A DNA stretch of 64,000 nt from a virus (lineage: Duplodnaviria; Caudoviricetes): the IMG/VR virus record IMGVR_UViG_3300011337_000669; one strand, written 5' to 3'. Positions 31,355-41,775 of the stretch are shown here, piece by piece; the first letter of the stretch is position 1; every line of letters begins with the position of its first letter. Both the position numbers and the translations under genes were made by a program. The notes below the pieces were generated by a model. That model had not been told where the DNA came from. It did no database searches and saw nothing but the letters and a program-made list of their open reading frames with translations.

Positions 31355-33115
31355 TTATTTAGCGCCAAATAACCATCCATATTTTTGGTAATCTGCTTTA
31401 GACGCCCCATTATTATTTAAGTTGGAATCTCTACCCATCTGAGGTATCAAGGGGTTAAAAAAATCTGAAGTGTTTTTACTTTCATTAATCACAGAGGACC
31501 AGGAATTTAACATAGCCTTTGTGTGATTAACAACTTTTGTTAGTGATTGGAATGACTTTTCAGCGACATAAATCGCCATTGATAGTCCCATAATACAATC
31601 ATCATGTTGACCTTTTTGGTGGTCAGGTCTTCCATGAATGAACACAAAAGTATTCATCTCATTGTATGTTCTATGGGAATATATTTTGAATCCATGTCGA
31701 ACACCTTCTTCAAAAGCTGCAATAATTTGGACCCTTTTTGTATTAAAGTTAATTCCAGGGATTTTTTCATTTATTTTGGGGTCCCACTTCCATTTATTTG
31801 AAGTGTCAACACCATCAACATATAATCCAGGTTGATATTGTAATTCTTGCATTTTTCTTGCTGTCGAAACTCCCATACCACCAGTAATATCAATTACACA
31901 AAATGCATTGTACATTGTTCCCCATTTATAGGCAATCTCGGCTAATACATCTGGAGGAATCTTTCCAACATATTCTAATACTTGTTCCCGTTCATCAAAA
32001 TCAATTATTTGGATTGATGAAAAATCTTCAGAGTCCCCACGAGAAACGTCAACTCCCATAACATACTTATGGCCATTTACAGGTTCCTTAAAAATCCATA
32101 AAGCATTACCCATAAGTTTTGCTTGAGGGGCTTGTAATTGATTTTTAGAGATGTTCTGCATCAAATCAGAATCGAATACGTTATCACCCGATCCCAAGAA
32201 GTTGCATTCAAGTTCTTGTGCAACTTTACGTCTATCGTATTTGAGTTTTTTTACCATCCCCTCAAACCATGCTGAACAAGGCTTATATCCTTGAGAAATA
32301 TAATCTGTTACAATATTATGATCTCTTTCGTAGGGATTATCATTACTTAAGGAAATAACGGTGTCTAAAGGATAATCTTCTCGATTCAAAAGGTAATGAA
32401 CCAAATCATTTGTCTTTACCATGTATAAATCTCTGGTATAACGAGGGTCTCGATACCAAAACATTTCAGAGATTTTGAAATCATTCATACCTCTTAAGGC
32501 TTGGTCATATATTTCATAATATATTGGATCGTACCCGTTTGGGGTGGAAACTACAATAACTTTACCACCAGTAGATAGTGACGCCATACAGGCAGACCAA
32601 AAATCTCCGTCAGCCTCGATAAAGGCGGCTTCGTCAAAAATAAGAATTGTTGGTGTATAACCTCTAAGAGCATCTTTGGATGTTGCAACCGCTTTGACCT
32701 CACATCCATTATTAAGTTTGAAATGTCTTTGAGAGTTTTTTTCCACTGAAAACCCGATTGAAACCCAACTAGGCCATTGTTCAATAAATGCCCTTATCTT
32801 GTTAGCCATTTCAACTGAAGTATCTAACTTGTTGGCGATGATTAGAACTTTTTCAGGCCTTTCCTTTCTTGCAAATGCGAGTTTTTTTGACGCCCAAGCT
32901 GCGGTTACAGTTGAAACCCCCGCTTGTCTATATTTTAACGCAATGTTTTCGTTGTGGGTTTCGTAATCTTCAAGTAGTGAAACTTGGTCAGGAAAAAGTT
33001 CTAATGGGACATACTTTGACACTGTATTATCGTATGTCTGTAAATAAGTACGAAGTGCATAAGGGGTATTCCTCATACACTTCGTATATTCTATTATTAA
33101 TTGTTCTTTGTTCAC
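31355..33115 (-). CDS. gp17: Terminase large subunit
   Basis: KYRQAGVST Walker A, LIFDEAAF Walker B, VSTPNG, MGVDVSRG..D.S nuclease motif, HDDCIM. Confidence 0.95.
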   Translation of the reverse strand: MNKEQLIIEYTKCMRNTPYALRTYLQTYDNTVSKYVPLELFPDQVSLLEDYETHNENIALKYRQAGVSTVTAAWASKKLAFARKERPEKVLIIANKLDTSVEMANKIRAFIEQWPSWVSIGFSVEKNSQRHFKLNNGCEVKAVATSKDALRGYTPTILIFDEAAFIEADGDFWSACMASLSTGGKVIVVSTPNGYDPIYYEIYDQALRGMNDFKISEMFWYRDPRYTRDLYMVKTNDLVHYLLNREDYPLDTVISLSNDNPYERDHNIVTDYISQGYKPCSAWFEGMVKKLKYDRRKVAQELECNFLGSGDNVFDSDLMQNISKNQLQAPQAKLMGNALWIFKEPVNGHKYVMGVDVSRGDSEDFSSIQIIDFDEREQVLEYVGKIPPDVLAEIAYKWGTMYNAFCVIDITGGMGVSTARKMQELQYQPGLYVDGVDTSNKWKWDPKINEKIPGINFNTKRVQIIAAFEEGVRHGFKIYSHRTYNEMNTFVFIHGRPDHQKGQHDDCIMGLSMAIYVAEKSFQSLTKVVNHTKAMLNSWSSVINESKNTSDFFNPLIPQMGRDSNLNNNGASKADYQKYGWLFGAK

Positions 33116-33136
33116 ACAGTTAAATCACATTCTGAT

Positions 33137-34411
33137 TTATGGTCTTGGAATTCCCAAATCTCTATAAAGTTGGTCCAAATCATCATCTTCATCTTCGGAA
33201 CCTTCTTCTCCTTTAAAATCATCATACTCACTCTTTGACTGTTGAGCTTGTTTCATAATTTCTTTGAATTTTGCAGTTGCCTTTCTAACTTTGGATTCAT
33301 CTTCCGAAATTGCATTACCAATAATATCTAAAAATTCTTTAGCTTCTGTCTTGTAAAGAATTGAATAAAACCAAGGTACCAACCCTTTGTTTGCTTCATC
33401 ATACATTTCGTCAGGTAATGCAAACCTTAATTTTTCAACAATTTCAGGACCTATTCTAAGTTGCATCGGTTCGTTTGATAAAACATCCGTTACTCCTCTA
33501 ACTTGTTGAGACATTTCTGGATCTTCAGGTAATCCATGTCTTGCAATAGATTCCTCTAACCCTTTAATTATTTCATGACACAAAATTGGGAATATTAAAC
33601 CTTCTGCAACAATTTTTGTATCAGGTTCATCTTCACCCTCGCCACCCTCGTCTTCGTCTTCATCTTTATTTTCTAACTTGACTTTTCCGGCAACACCATT
33701 TCCTGTTTGCGACATCATTTCAATCATTTGTTCCATAGAAAAATACATGAAATCATTGATTGACATAATTTTCAAATAAGAAGGATATAATTGTGGGTCA
33801 ATTTCATCCAATCTTGATTTAATCTCAGGTTTTTGGAAAATATAATGACCTTTTTTCGCAGCACCTTGGACAAGAGCATTAATCATATTTCTTTTATGAA
33901 TTTCCAACTCCATTACTTCTTCGTCAGTTAAATCTTCAACGTCAAAAGAAGGAATTTCAGGTGTTTCTTCATCTTCCTTTTTCTTTGGTTTAGTCGCCTG
34001 CATTCTAAAGTCTGAAATATTAATAGGTGCTCTATTCAGTAATGCTTCAATTGTAAACCAATCAGCAGGAACTTGAGTTTCCTCCAAGCATGCGTCAATT
34101 GCAAGTTGTTCTAATTCTTCTCTATGTCTCCCTTCAATTCTTGTTATTCCTGGAACTTTACTCATCATTTCTTGAAAAAGCATTCCTTGAACTTGTTGAG
34201 AACTAAGATCCTGTACTCCGGTCACTTGTTTCAACTTATCTGCGACTTTTCCGAATCTTGAACTTACCAATCTTTGTACATCCTCAACTCCCTTTCTCAT
34301 TGCAGGATTCTTCGCGTACAAACTTTCAGGACTTCCCAATTTTCGTTCTAATCTTGGGTCCATTCTTTCGGGTCTATCCCCGTAATTTATTTGTTCTTTA
34401 ATCTTCGCCAT
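33137..34411 (-). CDS. Hypothetical protein with HE motif
   Basis: 424 aa ORF; LCHEIIKG; acidic patches. Confidence 0.6.
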   Translation of the reverse strand: MAKIKEQINYGDRPERMDPRLERKLGSPESLYAKNPAMRKGVEDVQRLVSSRFGKVADKLKQVTGVQDLSSQQVQGMLFQEMMSKVPGITRIEGRHREELEQLAIDACLEETQVPADWFTIEALLNRAPINISDFRMQATKPKKKEDEETPEIPSFDVEDLTDEEVMELEIHKRNMINALVQGAAKKGHYIFQKPEIKSRLDEIDPQLYPSYLKIMSINDFMYFSMEQMIEMMSQTGNGVAGKVKLENKDEDEDEGGEGEDEPDTKIVAEGLIFPILCHEIIKGLEESIARHGLPEDPEMSQQVRGVTDVLSNEPMQLRIGPEIVEKLRFALPDEMYDEANKGLVPWFYSILYKTEAKEFLDIIGNAISEDESKVRKATAKFKEIMKQAQQSKSEYDDFKGEEGSEDEDDDLDQLYRDLGIPRP

Positions 34412-34415
34412 TTTA

Positions 34416-35330
34416 TTATTTCAATAAATTTAAGATAACATCAATTACTTCTTGTTTCGCATCTTCAGGAGATATTCTTCCTGCTTTCGGGTCAATTTGT
34501 TCTCCCGGTCTTGGATTTTTTCCAGGATGTGAAGGTCTTGTTGTTGGTTTGGTGTCAGGTTTAGTAATTGGTCTAGTTGGTGCTGTAGTTGGTTCACCAG
34601 CTTTTGGGTCTATTTGTTCTCCCGGTCTTGGATTTTTTCCAGGATGTGAAGGTCTTGTTCCAGGTTTAGTATCTGGTTTTGTTGTTGGTTTTACAGGTGC
34701 AGTTAATGGTGAATTTGCTTCTGAAAGATATTTCATTAAGTCACCTTTAGTTATTCTTGGAGGTAAGTTTTTTTCCACGATTTTTGTTATTTCTGATTCT
34801 ATAAACAAAGATACAGGATTTTTTCCTTCTTCCAATTGTTTTTTTACAGACTTTACGCATCTCTCGAATTTTCTTGTTCTTTTAGGTCCAACCTGTGCAT
34901 GGCATATTGCCCATGGATTTGGTTGACCTGGCTTAAGGTCTGATTCACTTTCAAACATACCCATACCATCAGTCTCATTACCAAATCCATCATCTGATGA
35001 AGGACCCACTTGTTTTGGGTCTTGAGTTTCAATTTCTTTATTTGGGTCTGTAGTTACTTCTACATCTTCTTCAAGTTCGCTTTCAGCCGCAGTTGCCATA
35101 ACTTCTTTTGTATTTGGATCTTGTCTTACTGAGTATCCTTTTGGGTTTGGAGGTAAACTACCACCTTTAGATCCAATTTTATATGTTGGTTTAGAAGGTA
35201 CTTGTGTAACCTGTTCGGATATAATCAATTTACTATGAAGAATTTCAATTTGGGATTCTGTTAATTTCCCAACTGTTTTCGCAGATAATCCTTTATCAAT
35301 CAATTCGAGTGCTTTTTTATTAACTTTCAT
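34416..35330 (-). CDS. Hypothetical Pro/Thr-rich protein with internal duplication
   Basis: TKPDTKP.TRPSHPGKNPRPGEQIDPKAG occurs twice. Confidence 0.65.
   Translation of the reverse strand: MKVNKKALELIDKGLSAKTVGKLTESQIEILHSKLIISEQVTQVPSKPTYKIGSKGGSLPPNPKGYSVRQDPNTKEVMATAAESELEEDVEVTTDPNKEIETQDPKQVGPSSDDGFGNETDGMGMFESESDLKPGQPNPWAICHAQVGPKRTRKFERCVKSVKKQLEEGKNPVSLFIESEITKIVEKNLPPRITKGDLMKYLSEANSPLTAPVKPTTKPDTKPGTRPSHPGKNPRPGEQIDPKAGEPTTAPTRPITKPDTKPTTRPSHPGKNPRPGEQIDPKAGRISPEDAKQEVIDVILNLLK
34495..34659. repeat. Direct repeat, 117-bp period, inside 34416..35330
   Basis: 48-bp identical core ATTTGTTCTCCCGG...GAAGGTCTTGTT at 34495-34542 and 34612-34659. Confidence 0.9.
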
Positions 35331-35715
35331 AAACTACTTTTTTTTCGAATTCTAATATTAAATCTCTTTCGTAGAGTTTGTCTTTTATTTGTTGTTCGGA
35401 CATTCCAAATCTAAAAACCATTCTTTTATGATTTCCATATTCGTCTGTTTCCCATGCTAACGCAACTACATCGTCGATTGCATCTTCCATAGAAAAAAAA
35501 TCGGAGTTCTGAATCAATTCCAATTTTACATCAGTATTTCTCAGAACTCCTACTTTTTTAATATGATGTATTTCGGGAGGACTTGGATAACCGTTAGCCG
35601 GTCTACTTTCCCAAGAATCTCCCCAAACATCAAGACTATCAGAGAAAATGAATTCGTAAAGATTGTCTCCCTTATAATTGGGACCTAAACCATTTACGTA
35701 TATCAAATAACTCAT
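35320..35715 (-). CDS. Hypothetical protein
   Basis: Operonic ORF. Confidence 0.65.
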   Translation of the reverse strand: MSYLIYVNGLGPNYKGDNLYEFIFSDSLDVWGDSWESRPANGYPSPPEIHHIKKVGVLRNTDVKLELIQNSDFFSMEDAIDDVVALAWETDEYGNHKRMVFRFGMSEQQIKDKLYERDLILEFEKKVVYES

Positions 35716-36920
35716 ACTAATAATCCTTCAGGTGATATTTTTACTTGTTTACCTTTATTTTCAAATACTAAATTTTTCTTATTCGTAACTCCAACAATTT
35801 TTGCTGAAGAATTTTCTTCTAAGAATTTTTTAGCAGAAAATTCTTGTTCGATAGTTTCACTTAATCTTACAACTTCTTTCATTTGTTTTTTAACTTCAGA
35901 AACTTTTGTGTTTTTCCCCTTACTTTCAAGAATTTCTTTTTTAGAAATTTCAAAATACTTGGAGATTACTTTATCAACTTGTGATTCTCCGAAAATACTA
36001 TCAATGATTGCTCCGTTTCCATATCCCCCTTCTTCCATTTCATATCCCTCAACAGGAACATCCATATCTGCTTGAATATCTTCAACTTCACTATCATCAG
36101 TCATATCTAATCCACCCATATCATCTCCACCTAAATCTTCTGATTCTTCATCGAATTTAGACATAATATCTTCTTTATCTTCTTCGGATAATGACTTAAG
36201 GTCTAATGAAGATAATACCATGTTGATAACATACTTTATATCTTCAGAAGTCATTCCTTCTTGAGTGTCTAAAGTTCTAATTTTTTGGGTTAATTTTCCC
36301 GTAAGTTTTTGAATAGTTTTGAACGTAACTTGGTCTTCTTCTCCCGTTGCAGGAGTTTCAATATCCATAGATACATCTGTATCAACGTCTCCTTCAGGAC
36401 CCATATCCATACCCATGTCGATGTTTAATTCATCTTCTCCATCAGGCATTTCAGCACTTGGAGCTGGTGGTAAAGATGGTGAAGGAACTGCTGGTGGTGC
36501 TGCAGGTACCTCGGCAGCAGGCATTGGTTCTGCCGCTGGTTTAGGAGTTTTTAACGTGAATCTTTTTTGTTCTCCGTATAAAGAAACTTCTTCTTCGTTT
36601 TCATTGATTCTATTCAACTCTCCTGCCACTAAATTTAATCTTTTGAATGCTTGAGAATATGAAGAATAGTATTTTCTATTTTTCATTGGCTCAATATAAT
36701 CAGTCTCAGATTCTGAAATGGTTTTTTTAATAATATAACCCTGTCTTTCTTTAACTATTTCATACTTATTCCCATCGGCAAGAGAAATTGAATATTCAGA
36801 TCTCGCGGTTTCATTAATATTCGATGGTATTACCTCGTTAAAACGAGCAATTTCCATGATTCTTTTTAATTTATCTTGTCCAGTCAATTTTTCACTGCCA
36901 AGTGGTTTCAAATCTGCCAT
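35712..36920 (-). CDS. Hypothetical acidic head-associated protein
   Basis: LKRIMEIA...NE N-terminus; Pro/Ala and acidic low-complexity segments. Confidence 0.6.
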   Translation of the reverse strand: MADLKPLGSEKLTGQDKLKRIMEIARFNEVIPSNINETARSEYSISLADGNKYEIVKERQGYIIKKTISESETDYIEPMKNRKYYSSYSQAFKRLNLVAGELNRINENEEEVSLYGEQKRFTLKTPKPAAEPMPAAEVPAAPPAVPSPSLPPAPSAEMPDGEDELNIDMGMDMGPEGDVDTDVSMDIETPATGEEDQVTFKTIQKLTGKLTQKIRTLDTQEGMTSEDIKYVINMVLSSLDLKSLSEEDKEDIMSKFDEESEDLGGDDMGGLDMTDDSEVEDIQADMDVPVEGYEMEEGGYGNGAIIDSIFGESQVDKVISKYFEISKKEILESKGKNTKVSEVKKQMKEVVRLSETIEQEFSAKKFLEENSSAKIVGVTNKKNLVFENKGKQVKISPEGLLV

Positions 36921-36948
36921 ATTTTGATTTATTTATATATTTTTGTTT

Positions 36949-37131
36949 TTAATTGTTTAATCCTTGGAATCCTCCTAATGCAATAGCACTTAAGTCGTTA
37001 ACTGTTGTTCCTGTACCTGAAACGGCAACTGGGTGTGGGGCGACTGAACCCGCAGGTGCGGTACCTCCACTGAAATCCCCCAATATGTTTATGGTATATG
37101 CATATTGTACGTTTACATCTATAGTTCCCAT
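36949..37131 (-). CDS. Small hypothetical protein (60 aa)
   Basis: Gly/Ala/Thr-rich ORF preceded by TATTTATA at 37145-37152. Confidence 0.55.
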   Translation of the reverse strand: MGTIDVNVQYAYTINILGDFSGGTAPAGSVAPHPVAVSGTGTTVNDLSAIALGGFQGLNN

Positions 37132-37184
37132 CTAATTTTTTCTTTATAAATATATGGTTATTCACATTTATTAAGGTGTAAGTA

Positions 37185-37928
37185 TCAGTCTTCCAATTTT
37201 CTCTCGATAGAAAGTTCTTTATCGAGAGCTTTATTTGACATATCAAACAATTTTTCGATGTGTCCCGACCTTCTTAAAAACTTAAAAACCAAGTTTTCGT
37301 AAGAAAGTTCACCTTCTTTTTCCAAACCTGATTTTCTATAATTTTTTAACTTTTCTTTGATTGAATCTATCAATTTAATATCATCTTCCGAATTTTCGGA
37401 TTCAATTACCTTATCAATTTTTTCAGTCCAGTTTTTGATTTTCTTTTCCAAAACTGATTTATCAATCTCGTTTTCAAACTGTTTAGGTTTTGTTACCCAC
37501 TCATCATTCATTACTGAATAAACACCTGTTGCGAAATGTGGCTCTTCATTATCTTGTGCATATAATTCGACATCATATCCAAATATTTTAATATCATGTT
37601 TGTCGTTGAATACTTGTTTCTTTAGATTATATAATTCTTTATATAACGGCGATTCATCTTCGAATTGTTGTAAATCTACAAGAATGTGTAAATCAAAATC
37701 AGAATATTCCGACCAATTAAAATTTGCTAATGAACCAGTCAAAACAATATCTTCAACAAAAACATCTTCGCCAAGATAATCAATGAATTTTTCAGCAATC
37801 TTTAATAAAGCGTTTTTCACCTTCGGAACCATCTTTGCTTTCTGTGGGTTCTCAGGATTCTCCCAAATTTTTGGATTGAGGGTTTCTTGTACTGAAAAAC
37901 TATTAAGGATTTTTTGAAAATTATTCAT
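37185..37928 (-). CDS. Pol-beta-superfamily nucleotidyltransferase-like protein
   Basis: LTGSLANFNW..YSDFDLHI (GS...DxD) and later VELY. Confidence 0.7.
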   Translation of the reverse strand: MNNFQKILNSFSVQETLNPKIWENPENPQKAKMVPKVKNALLKIAEKFIDYLGEDVFVEDIVLTGSLANFNWSEYSDFDLHILVDLQQFEDESPLYKELYNLKKQVFNDKHDIKIFGYDVELYAQDNEEPHFATGVYSVMNDEWVTKPKQFENEIDKSVLEKKIKNWTEKIDKVIESENSEDDIKLIDSIKEKLKNYRKSGLEKEGELSYENLVFKFLRRSGHIEKLFDMSNKALDKELSIERKLED

Positions 37929-37939
37929 CTATATAAATA

Positions 37940-38182
37940 CTATAATTTCTTATACTTGAACGTATTTGATATGTCCGTAGTAAAAAACTTTCCTTGTGAC
38001 TCTGACATTCGGAATTTTGTATATATTTGGTGAGGGACATTTTCATACTCATATTTGAATCCATTATTAAATTCTACTACAAGTTTTTTTGTTTCAGTAT
38101 CGTATTCTGTTTTTTTAATGTTAGAAGATTTTATTTCATTAATAATCTTCGTCCCCTGAATTTCTTCTTTCAGTATTGCCAT
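37940..38182 (-). CDS. KTSC-domain protein
   Basis: SSNI....YD.....L.VEF.NG..Y.Y.NVP...Y..F....SQGKFF. Confidence 0.85.
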   Translation of the reverse strand: MAILKEEIQGTKIINEIKSSNIKKTEYDTETKKLVVEFNNGFKYEYENVPHQIYTKFRMSESQGKFFTTDISNTFKYKKL

Positions 38183-38471
38183 CTCTAAGTGGTATTAGTT
38201 CGTTTATCTTTTTCAGTCGTGGTACTATAAAATCATCAAATTCATCTTCAGAAATATCAAACCCAAAATCATTAACTTGTTTTAGTAAGTTAGTATGAAT
38301 CTTATTTAATCTCTCATGAAATAAAAACATTTTTTCAGTATACATTGGCGGACTTTCCATGTCCTTTTCAGAAAAATTTAATTCTTGAAAATATTGTCTC
38401 ATTTCCAAATATGCGTCCAAAAATTCTCTTAAACCACTTAGGTTGGATAGGTATTTTTCAAAAGGTTTCAT
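38139..38471 (-). CDS. Hypothetical protein (start MKPFEKY)
   Basis: TATTTATA at 38475-38482 directly upstream of this ATG. Confidence 0.55.
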   Translation of the reverse strand: MKPFEKYLSNLSGLREFLDAYLEMRQYFQELNFSEKDMESPPMYTEKMFLFHERLNKIHTNLLKQVNDFGFDISEDEFDDFIVPRLKKINELIPLRDGNTERRNSGDEDY

Positions 38472-38552
38472 AAATATAAATATTATAAAATTTTTTTGTA
38501 TATAAAGTACTACAAAAATAAAAACCCTCACATCTCTGTGAGGGTTTTTTAG

Positions 38553-38924
38553 TTACTTCAACTTCCTAAGTTGGTCTCTAATTTCAATCGATTTTTCAAA
38601 ATTTTGTTCTTCGATTGATTTTTTAAGTTCCTCTTCAAGTTTGTCGATTTCCTTTTGGTTAATTTCTAATTTCTTGATTTGGTCTCTTAGTTCAACCGCT
38701 TTTTCAAAATCTTCATTTTCAATTGAGATTTCAAGTTGTTGTTTCAAATTTTTTGAAGTTGGGTTTGTTTTGGTGTTGTCGTGGTAATACGTAGTTATTT
38801 TCATTGTCCCATCTTCTGAAACTTTAGTTTGAGTTTTCCACTCTCCGTTATTTGGGGTTAATTGTGCGAACATTTCATCGAACGCTCTAAAGATGTCATT
38901 ATAAGATCTTCTGTTACCAAACAT
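38553..38924 (-). CDS. Protein with two UvrB/UvrC (UVR) coiled-coil motifs
   Basis: IENEDFEKAVELRDQI and IEEQNFEKSIEIRDQL. Confidence 0.8.
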   Translation of the reverse strand: MFGNRRSYNDIFRAFDEMFAQLTPNNGEWKTQTKVSEDGTMKITTYYHDNTKTNPTSKNLKQQLEISIENEDFEKAVELRDQIKKLEINQKEIDKLEEELKKSIEEQNFEKSIEIRDQLRKLK

Positions 38925-39102
38925 AATTTTAGTTTTTTATTTTAAGTTTATTTGTTATCTTTGTTCCAAGATTTATGCCGATAGTGATTATATGACATTA
39001 TGACAGAAAAAGATTTAATAACATTAAATATTTCCTGACAATTTGTCCAATCATTGGGATAAGAATAAAAATTGTTATTACTTTGTAAAAACTAAAAACG
39101 TT

Positions 39103-41118
39103 ATGAACGACTTAATGGACGACGAAGACAAAATGATGAGTAAAAGACAGAAGTCAGGCGGGGACAGCTCGACTCCTGTACTGGACAATTTCAGTAGAGA
39201 TTTGAATAAGCTCGCCGAAGAAGGAAAATTAGACCCCGTAATTGGAAGGGATAGAGAAATCCTGAGAATTGCACAGATTCTTTCCCGAAGAAAAAAGAAT
39301 AACCCAATCATTATTGGAGAACCTGGTTGTGGTAAGACCGCTATTGCTGAAGGTCTAGCAATGAAAATCGTAAGTGGTGAATGCCCTCGTAATTTGTTGG
39401 ATAAACGACTCGTTAATTTGGATTTGACTTCAGTTGTTGCTGGTACAAAATACCGTGGTCAATTCGAGGAAAGAATGAAAGTAATCCTTGAAGAACTTAG
39501 TGCAAACCCTAACATTATTGTATTCATTGATGAGATCCATACTCTAGTTGGTTCAGGTAATTCATCAGGAGCTATGGATGGTTCCAACATCTTCAAACCA
39601 GCATTATCTCGTGGTGAGATTCAAGTAATCGGTGCGACAACTTTGGATGAGTTCAGAAAACACATTGAAAAAGATGGAGCGTTAGAGCGTAGATTTCAAA
39701 AAGTAATTGTTGAACCATCTACTGTGATTGAAACAATTGAAATTTTGAACAACGTTCGAGATAAATACGAAACATACCACAAGGTAATTTACTCCAATGA
39801 AGTTATCGAAACTTGTGTGAAGTTGGCTGACAGATATATTACCGACCGTGAGTTTCCAGACAAAGCATTCGACATTATGGATGAAGTTGGTGCTAGAATG
39901 CAGACCGAACTTAAGGTTCCTGAGGTAATCGAAGAGTTGAAGCGTAAAGCCGCTGACCTGAAACAACAGAAAATGGATGTTGTGAAGAAACAAAACTATG
40001 AACAAGCCGCCCAACTGAGAGACAAAGAGAAAAAGTTGTTGGACAAATTGGAACAAGAAAAACAGAAGTTTGAGGAACAAATGTCCAAAGACAAACAAAA
40101 GATTAGTTTGGAAGATGTTTATGATGTAGTGTCAAACATGACTAAAATTCCTGTCAATAAAATGTCTGTGGATGATACCAAAGCGTTGTTGAATTTGGAT
40201 AAACACATCGTTGGAACTGTCATTGGTCAGGATGCTGCGGTTATCAAGGTTGCAAAATCAATCAAGAGAAACCGACTTGGCATCAAAGACCCAAATCGTC
40301 CGATTGGTTCATTCGTTTTCTTGGGTTCAACAGGTGTCGGTAAAACTCACCTCGCAAAACAACTTGCAAAAGAAATGTTTGGTAGCGAGGACGCTCTAAT
40401 CCGTGTGGATATGTCCGAATATCAAGAGAAGCATACCGTATCCAAATTGGTTGGAGCGCCTCCAGGTTATGTTGGATACGAAGAGGGTGGATTGTTAACC
40501 GAGAAAGTTAAGAACAAACCTTACTCTGTTATCTTGTTTGATGAGGTTGAGAAAGCTCACAAAGATGTATTCACCGTATTACTTCAAATCTTGGACGATG
40601 GTCACGTTACGGATAGTTTGGGTAGAAAGATTAACTTCAAGAATACCCTGATTATCTTAACATCAAATCTTGGAGTTAAAAAATTACAGGACTTCGGAAC
40701 TGGTATTGGATTCTCAAATAATACCTATAGTAACGAAGAAGCGAAGAAAGAAATCTTGATGAAAGAAATGAAGAATTTCTTTTCACCTGAATTCATCAAC
40801 CGTATCGATGACACCATCGTTTTCAATTCTCTATCTCAAGAGGATATCAAGAAAATCACAGACATCGAACTTAAGAAGTTGATGAAGCGTCTTGACGAAA
40901 TGAAGTATAAGATTACTTACGATGAATCACTTTTGAATTACCTATCAAAAATCGGATATGATGAGGTATACGGTGCAAGACCACTCAAGAGAGCGATTCA
41001 GGACAAAGTTGAAGACTTATTATCTGAAGAAGTTCTGACCGACAAAATTATCGTAGGAAAAACCTACGTGATTAAAGTCGAAGATGAAGTAGTCAAAGTA
41101 GTCAAGAAAGGTCGGTAA
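39103..41118 (+). CDS. clpC: ClpC-like AAA+ unfoldase lacking the N-terminal Clp domain
   Basis: GEPGCGKT/FIDEIH, UVR middle domain (QNYEQAAQLRD), GSTGVGKT/LFDEVEKAH, IGF ClpP-docking loop, GARPL. Confidence 0.9.
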   Translation: MNDLMDDEDKMMSKRQKSGGDSSTPVLDNFSRDLNKLAEEGKLDPVIGRDREILRIAQILSRRKKNNPIIIGEPGCGKTAIAEGLAMKIVSGECPRNLLDKRLVNLDLTSVVAGTKYRGQFEERMKVILEELSANPNIIVFIDEIHTLVGSGNSSGAMDGSNIFKPALSRGEIQVIGATTLDEFRKHIEKDGALERRFQKVIVEPSTVIETIEILNNVRDKYETYHKVIYSNEVIETCVKLADRYITDREFPDKAFDIMDEVGARMQTELKVPEVIEELKRKAADLKQQKMDVVKKQNYEQAAQLRDKEKKLLDKLEQEKQKFEEQMSKDKQKISLEDVYDVVSNMTKIPVNKMSVDDTKALLNLDKHIVGTVIGQDAAVIKVAKSIKRNRLGIKDPNRPIGSFVFLGSTGVGKTHLAKQLAKEMFGSEDALIRVDMSEYQEKHTVSKLVGAPPGYVGYEEGGLLTEKVKNKPYSVILFDEVEKAHKDVFTVLLQILDDGHVTDSLGRKINFKNTLIILTSNLGVKKLQDFGTGIGFSNNTYSNEEAKKEILMKEMKNFFSPEFINRIDDTIVFNSLSQEDIKKITDIELKKLMKRLDEMKYKITYDESLLNYLSKIGYDEVYGARPLKRAIQDKVEDLLSEEVLTDKIIVGKTYVIKVEDEVVKVVKKGR

Positions 41119-41121
41119 ATT

Positions 41122-41148
41122 AAAAAGGGGAGAAATCCCCTTTTTTTT
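41122..41148 (+). terminator. Intrinsic terminator after clpC
   Basis: AAAAAGGGGA/TCCCCTTTTT stem with T tract. Confidence 0.75.
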
Positions 41149-41160
41149 ATATTTATAATC

Positions 41161-41775
41161 ATGAGTAATTTTTCCCGACTGTTAGATAAATTCAAAAATT
41201 CACTTCCAGAAGATTTACAATCAAAAGTTGATGTAATAGAAAACTTTGTTGTAAACTATATTCGTGATAATGAGATTAACGTAAAATTTTTGAATTCATG
41301 TTCAGCATCAGCAGGGTTCACAGGAGTTAGGACAAGAGACCAAATAATTATTTGTTCTCCAATCAGTATGGAAACCATCGGGGATTTTTTATATACGATA
41401 TTTCACGAAATCAGGCATGAGCAACAAATTAGAGATTTGAAAATGTTAAACCCTTTAACTGATTTTGATTTGGAGGATTTTGAGGCTCTTTACGAACAAT
41501 ACTGGAATATGGAGTTAGATGCTGACAAATTCGCAAAGGAAATGGTAGCAAAACTGGTAATCAAATTGGAGATCCCAATTGATATTGCAAAAAAATTATT
41601 TTCGTTGTCACTATACGTCCAGCAATATCCAACCATGTCAAACATGGTTCGTGGAAGTATTCAACAAATTATTAACGACATTAAGAGAATAAAAAAATCG
41701 GGTGGAGAATATACTGATATTCAAGACCACCCGATAGTACAAAGACACATCGATAAGTTAGAGGATTTTATTTAA
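41161..41775 (+). CDS. Zincin-like (HExxH) protein
   Basis: IFHEIRHEQQ and downstream MELDADKFA. Confidence 0.6.
   Translation: MSNFSRLLDKFKNSLPEDLQSKVDVIENFVVNYIRDNEINVKFLNSCSASAGFTGVRTRDQIIICSPISMETIGDFLYTIFHEIRHEQQIRDLKMLNPLTDFDLEDFEALYEQYWNMELDADKFAKEMVAKLVIKLEIPIDIAKKLFSLSLYVQQYPTMSNMVRGSIQQIINDIKRIKKSGGEYTDIQDHPIVQRHIDKLEDFI

Noticed and set aside
23585-33115. Introns or inteins in capsid, portal or terminase
   Set aside because: ORFs are continuous, of plausible length, with no intein C/S...HN-C/S/T motifs seen.
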